Assembly (NCBI GenBank): GCA_964016885.1
Contig: OZ024764.1
Span: forward strand, 17,856,001 to 17,920,000
Direction of reading: 5' to 3'
Source: Eledone cirrhosa
Lineage: Eukaryota
DNA length: 64,000 nt
Shown: piece after piece, positions 63,964-64,000 of the stretch
Layout of the letters: each line of letters begins with the position of its first letter
How positions within the stretch are numbered: position 1 is the stretch's first letter
Notes under the pieces: model-generated
What the model was told of the DNA's origin: nothing
The model's database searches: none
The model's input: only the letters and a program-made list of their open reading frames with translations
Position numbers and translations under genes: made by a program

Positions 63964-64000
63964 TTAAACCTAGATGTAGTATATATGTCTATCTGTTTGT

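Overview
Animal nuclear DNA, AT-rich and dominated by microsatellites. The SINE/LINE and (TA)n landscape looks like an octopod cephalopod (inference). Nearly all long ORFs in the supplied track are microsatellite or minisatellite artefacts. One gene is well supported: a + strand RYBP/YAF2 (PRC1 subunit, RanBP2-type zinc finger) homologue. Its ATG is at 32709, its zinc-finger exon at 37363-37485 and its conserved KPRLN exon at 61642-61767; the last exon must lie beyond the window. Three features of this gene are unusual. (1) Five extra frame-preserving phase-2/phase-2 exons (133 aa), plus a possible 24-nt microexon, lie between the conserved exons. (2) These exons are bracketed by inverted near-identical SINEs. 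(3) The start exon is tandemly triplicated. The other main signal is about 20 type-I hammerhead ribozyme motifs of several families, inside Penelope-like pLTR palindromes in (TA)n tracts, including a 5 x 107-bp retrozyme-like tandem array at 23800-24333. Also present are a 5'-truncated Tx1/L1-clade LINE, RTE and CR1 3' fragments, tRNA-derived SINEs sharing the RTE tail, piggyBac-like MITEs that seed two minisatellites, a non-autonomous Helitron and many tandem arrays. All calls were made by eye; no searches or folding programs were run.
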